This document shows positions 60,981-64,000 of a stretch of 64,000 nucleotides of DNA, in pieces. A program made the position numbers and the translations under genes. This stretch comes from Botryllus schlosseri (lineage: Eukaryota): assembly GCA_051294905.1 (NCBI GenBank), contig CM119372.1, forward strand, positions 18,168,001-18,232,000. Reading direction: 5' to 3'. Below the pieces are notes generated by a model. It saw only the letters and a program-made list of their open reading frames with translations. It was not told the DNA's origin and did not search any database. How positions within the stretch are numbered: the first letter of the stretch is position 1; each line of letters begins with the position of its first letter.

Positions 60981-63900
60981 ATTCGCACTTTCAACCATCT
61001 CTCGCGTGGTGTTGAATAGTCACCAACAATAACCGCACAAACGGAAACGTGGCTTGTTGTGAGGATTAAGCAGTGCGACCTATATTTCGAATGACCTGTG
61101 TGTGGAATTGTTTCACGGCCAGCCGCGTGCTACTATCGATTATTACACTAATCCAGTCAGCACTATTACATTCAGGAGTATTCAGTATTCAGCAGCGACA
61201 CGAAAAGCGATCAACAAATAACCGCGTTCACAAACTAACACTTCAAAAATGTGTGAAATAGTTTGCAAAACCCCGCGATCGCTGACAAGATAATGTCTCG
61301 GGCATAACCATTTTAGTGACTTGGTGTTAAAGACATACCGATCGCTCACAAGGTAATATTTCGGTAATTAGTTTGTCACAGAGCCGTCGCAGACGGTGAT
61401 TCGAAAACCAACAATTTGACACTTTCTGGTGCTTGCTATATGTTTTGACACTTCGGAACGTGGTTGACTTTAGTTGTATAATAAGAATCATGTGAATATA
61501 CAAGTAATGTGTCAATTTGTCAACTTGAAATGAAACTTACTGCACAAACCAAGTTGATTCGTATCTGAATGTGTTAATTCGGTACAATTCTAATTATTTT
61601 GAGAAATCTTTTGATTCGACCGTAACCGAATATTACTGACGCCGACTTTCAGCCGCATCGAATTATTCGCACATTCCGCGCCGCTGTTTTCGCACTTATA
61701 GAATCAATACAACTATAACTCTACAAGAATCAAGAATCACAAGTATGTGTATTATACAGTTATTGTCTTTATCAACACGAAATCAAACTCTTAACAAAAT
61801 CACGCAACTAATCATTTGCCAGCTCTAACATTATCAAAAAATTCCAGTATTGTTGATTGAAAATCCTCGAGTCCTTATCATCAAAAACGTTATAGTACGG
61901 TGTCGGAATCCATTCGCGGAGTGTACTAAAGCTAAATCCAGATAATCCAAAATGAAATATTTGGACTTTGACATAGTGTGAATTGAAATAGGATTGACAA
62001 ACATGACTACCAACTTCCCCACAGTCCCGTTTCGATATTATACACACATTGATTTGAAACAAGTAATGAAACATCACAACTCTATTCACGGTCTGGCTTT
62101 CCGTTTGTCAAAGAGATATTTTTACATCTTACCATACTCAAAAGAATTATTCACAACATTACCAATTGTTAAAAATCTAGTTTTCAATTACTTGATTATA
62201 TCACTGCAACTCATGAATTTGAATTAATTCATCCTGGTTGTATTCGTATGCTCGGTCTTTTTTTATTCGATTGTAAAGGTTGTTACTATTCTAAAGACAA
62301 AGTATTTACTAATCGGTGCATATACGTTTTGACTTGGACATATTATATTTTGAGTATACGAGATTTGAATGTCTGAACAATAACTGAGAAATAATTTATC
62401 ACAATTAAATCCGTATATTACAGCGTAATAGATATTTGAATGTCAGCAACTCGGTAAGATCATAGTTACTACCACATTACCTAATTTATCCGACCAACTC
62501 GTCATGAGCATTCCCGAAATCAACACAAACATGACTACTGACTTGAGTTAACCACAAAACAGCATCGAGTTTTAAATCCACTTGTAGCTTACGGCTTATT
62601 TGAATGCGGGTTATGTTTTGTTGTAATTGAGTGTACGGAAATAGTATTACATCTCGACATCTTACCATCTTACCATATTCAAAGAGTCAACCACGAAAAC
62701 ATTGTCAAGTCAATCCGTTTGTAACTTACCCAACCAACTCAAACAGTATCAGTATGAAAACAACCAAGCATACACGAGTCCATACAATCGCTACAATCTA
62801 AAATCCATAGCAAGTTCGGTTTCAGGCATATACCACCAACTCGTCTTTTTTGTTCAACTGTAAAAGTCGTTACTATACCACAAGACAAAGAGATTACTAT
62901 GCGATATATTTTGTAAGACAAAAGTAATTACCACTCGGTGCAGGTGATTTGAGATTAACATAATATGTTTGAGTATACGAGATTTGAAAGTCTGATCAAC
63001 GTATAGTTGCGACTTCATTTCTTACAATCGAACGCTGGTGTTATATCGAAAGTTACCATTCTGTAAACATAAGGATTGATACATTGATGTGCCATATGCA
63101 ATAGTTGATCATGGCTTGATTATTACATTATTTGCGTTAATTAGACCCGGCGTTGTGGTAAAGGTTATTATGACAGCAACAAACTTTTCAGTACCGTTGT
63201 TATTAACATATTGAGTTGTAAAACTATGCGTGTCTGAAATGTTCTTGAATGGAAAATTATTCCACCTTGGTACATATCACCCTGCGTATCGCAGATATCA
63301 GAAAATATTTTACAAATGTAATTGTCTCCACTAACCAAGACTAAAGATGAAACAACAATTTCCTTTGTTAAACAATAACCGGTACAATACTTTATCATCG
63401 TAATCAGCAGTGAGAATTGAAACACTTTCGCACATTACCCGATGTCAAGATATCACACTAGGTGAATTGACATACCGCCGCTTGATTAATACCTAATCCA
63501 TTCGCACCATTTCACATACTTTGATCATTACAAAAGTAAATTGGAATATGTTTGCTAGATGCATTCAATTCAGTTAGAAATGTCTGGTACACAACAATCG
63601 TAATATCAAGGAAGTACTTGCTACGCTGTAATCCACTTAACGTGTTTTGTATTGTTGTTCATTTGTAGTATTGATTGTTTTCGAACCCCCAAATAATAAT
63701 TCCCGACATGAAACCAAACCGCTGAAAGTCGTTACCATCACAACGAAACAATTTGTACGATGTTTGTCAAATGCATCCTATAGTTAGGTGTACTAGAATT
63801 ATTTGTGTAACACATACGCCGACAATGCAATCGAAAATTTTTCCGTTGTCATTCGCTAAAATAAATGTCATCACAATACTCATCAAGCTGTCATCTGTAA

Positions 63901-64000
63901 ATCAAGATTACATCCAACTTTTAACGGTATCGTTTAACTACCGGGTTGCATCAGTTTGCTATTTTTGTCATTTAGTGACTGCTGAACATACCAAACGATA

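Noticed and set aside
62855..63020. Polinton packaging-ATPase-like peptide (SNHLHRVVITFVLQNI)
   Set aside because: No Walker A motif seen, and comparison with the tandem copy favours a different reading frame.

Overview
Repeat-rich animal genomic DNA with spliceosomal introns. An invertebrate chordate such as an ascidian is plausible but is inference only. Host genes: (1) a + strand multi-exon Lifeguard/TMBIM (GRINA/FAIM2-like) gene from before base 162 to 19020, whose first exon is outside the window, with a candidate cluster of frame-preserving microexons; (2) a complete + strand cyclin T gene (23804-32555, about 21 exons) with a U12-type first intron and tandemly duplicated His-containing exons; (3) an intronless divergent 7TM/GPCR-like gene on the - strand (43437-44447) plus a paralogous pseudogene split by a 4.7-kb insertion. 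The rest is mostly non-autonomous hAT-type MITEs with 8-bp TSDs, often nested several deep, along with a foldback hATm-like element, a 5'-truncated LINE, two tRNA-derived SINE families and Penelope-like remnants, one carrying a hammerhead ribozyme core. Most unusual observations: a MITE whose interior is captured 28S rRNA sequence, the microexon cluster, the cyclin T exon-duplication array and the intronic hammerhead motif. All alignments and splice models were made by eye; none were run computationally.
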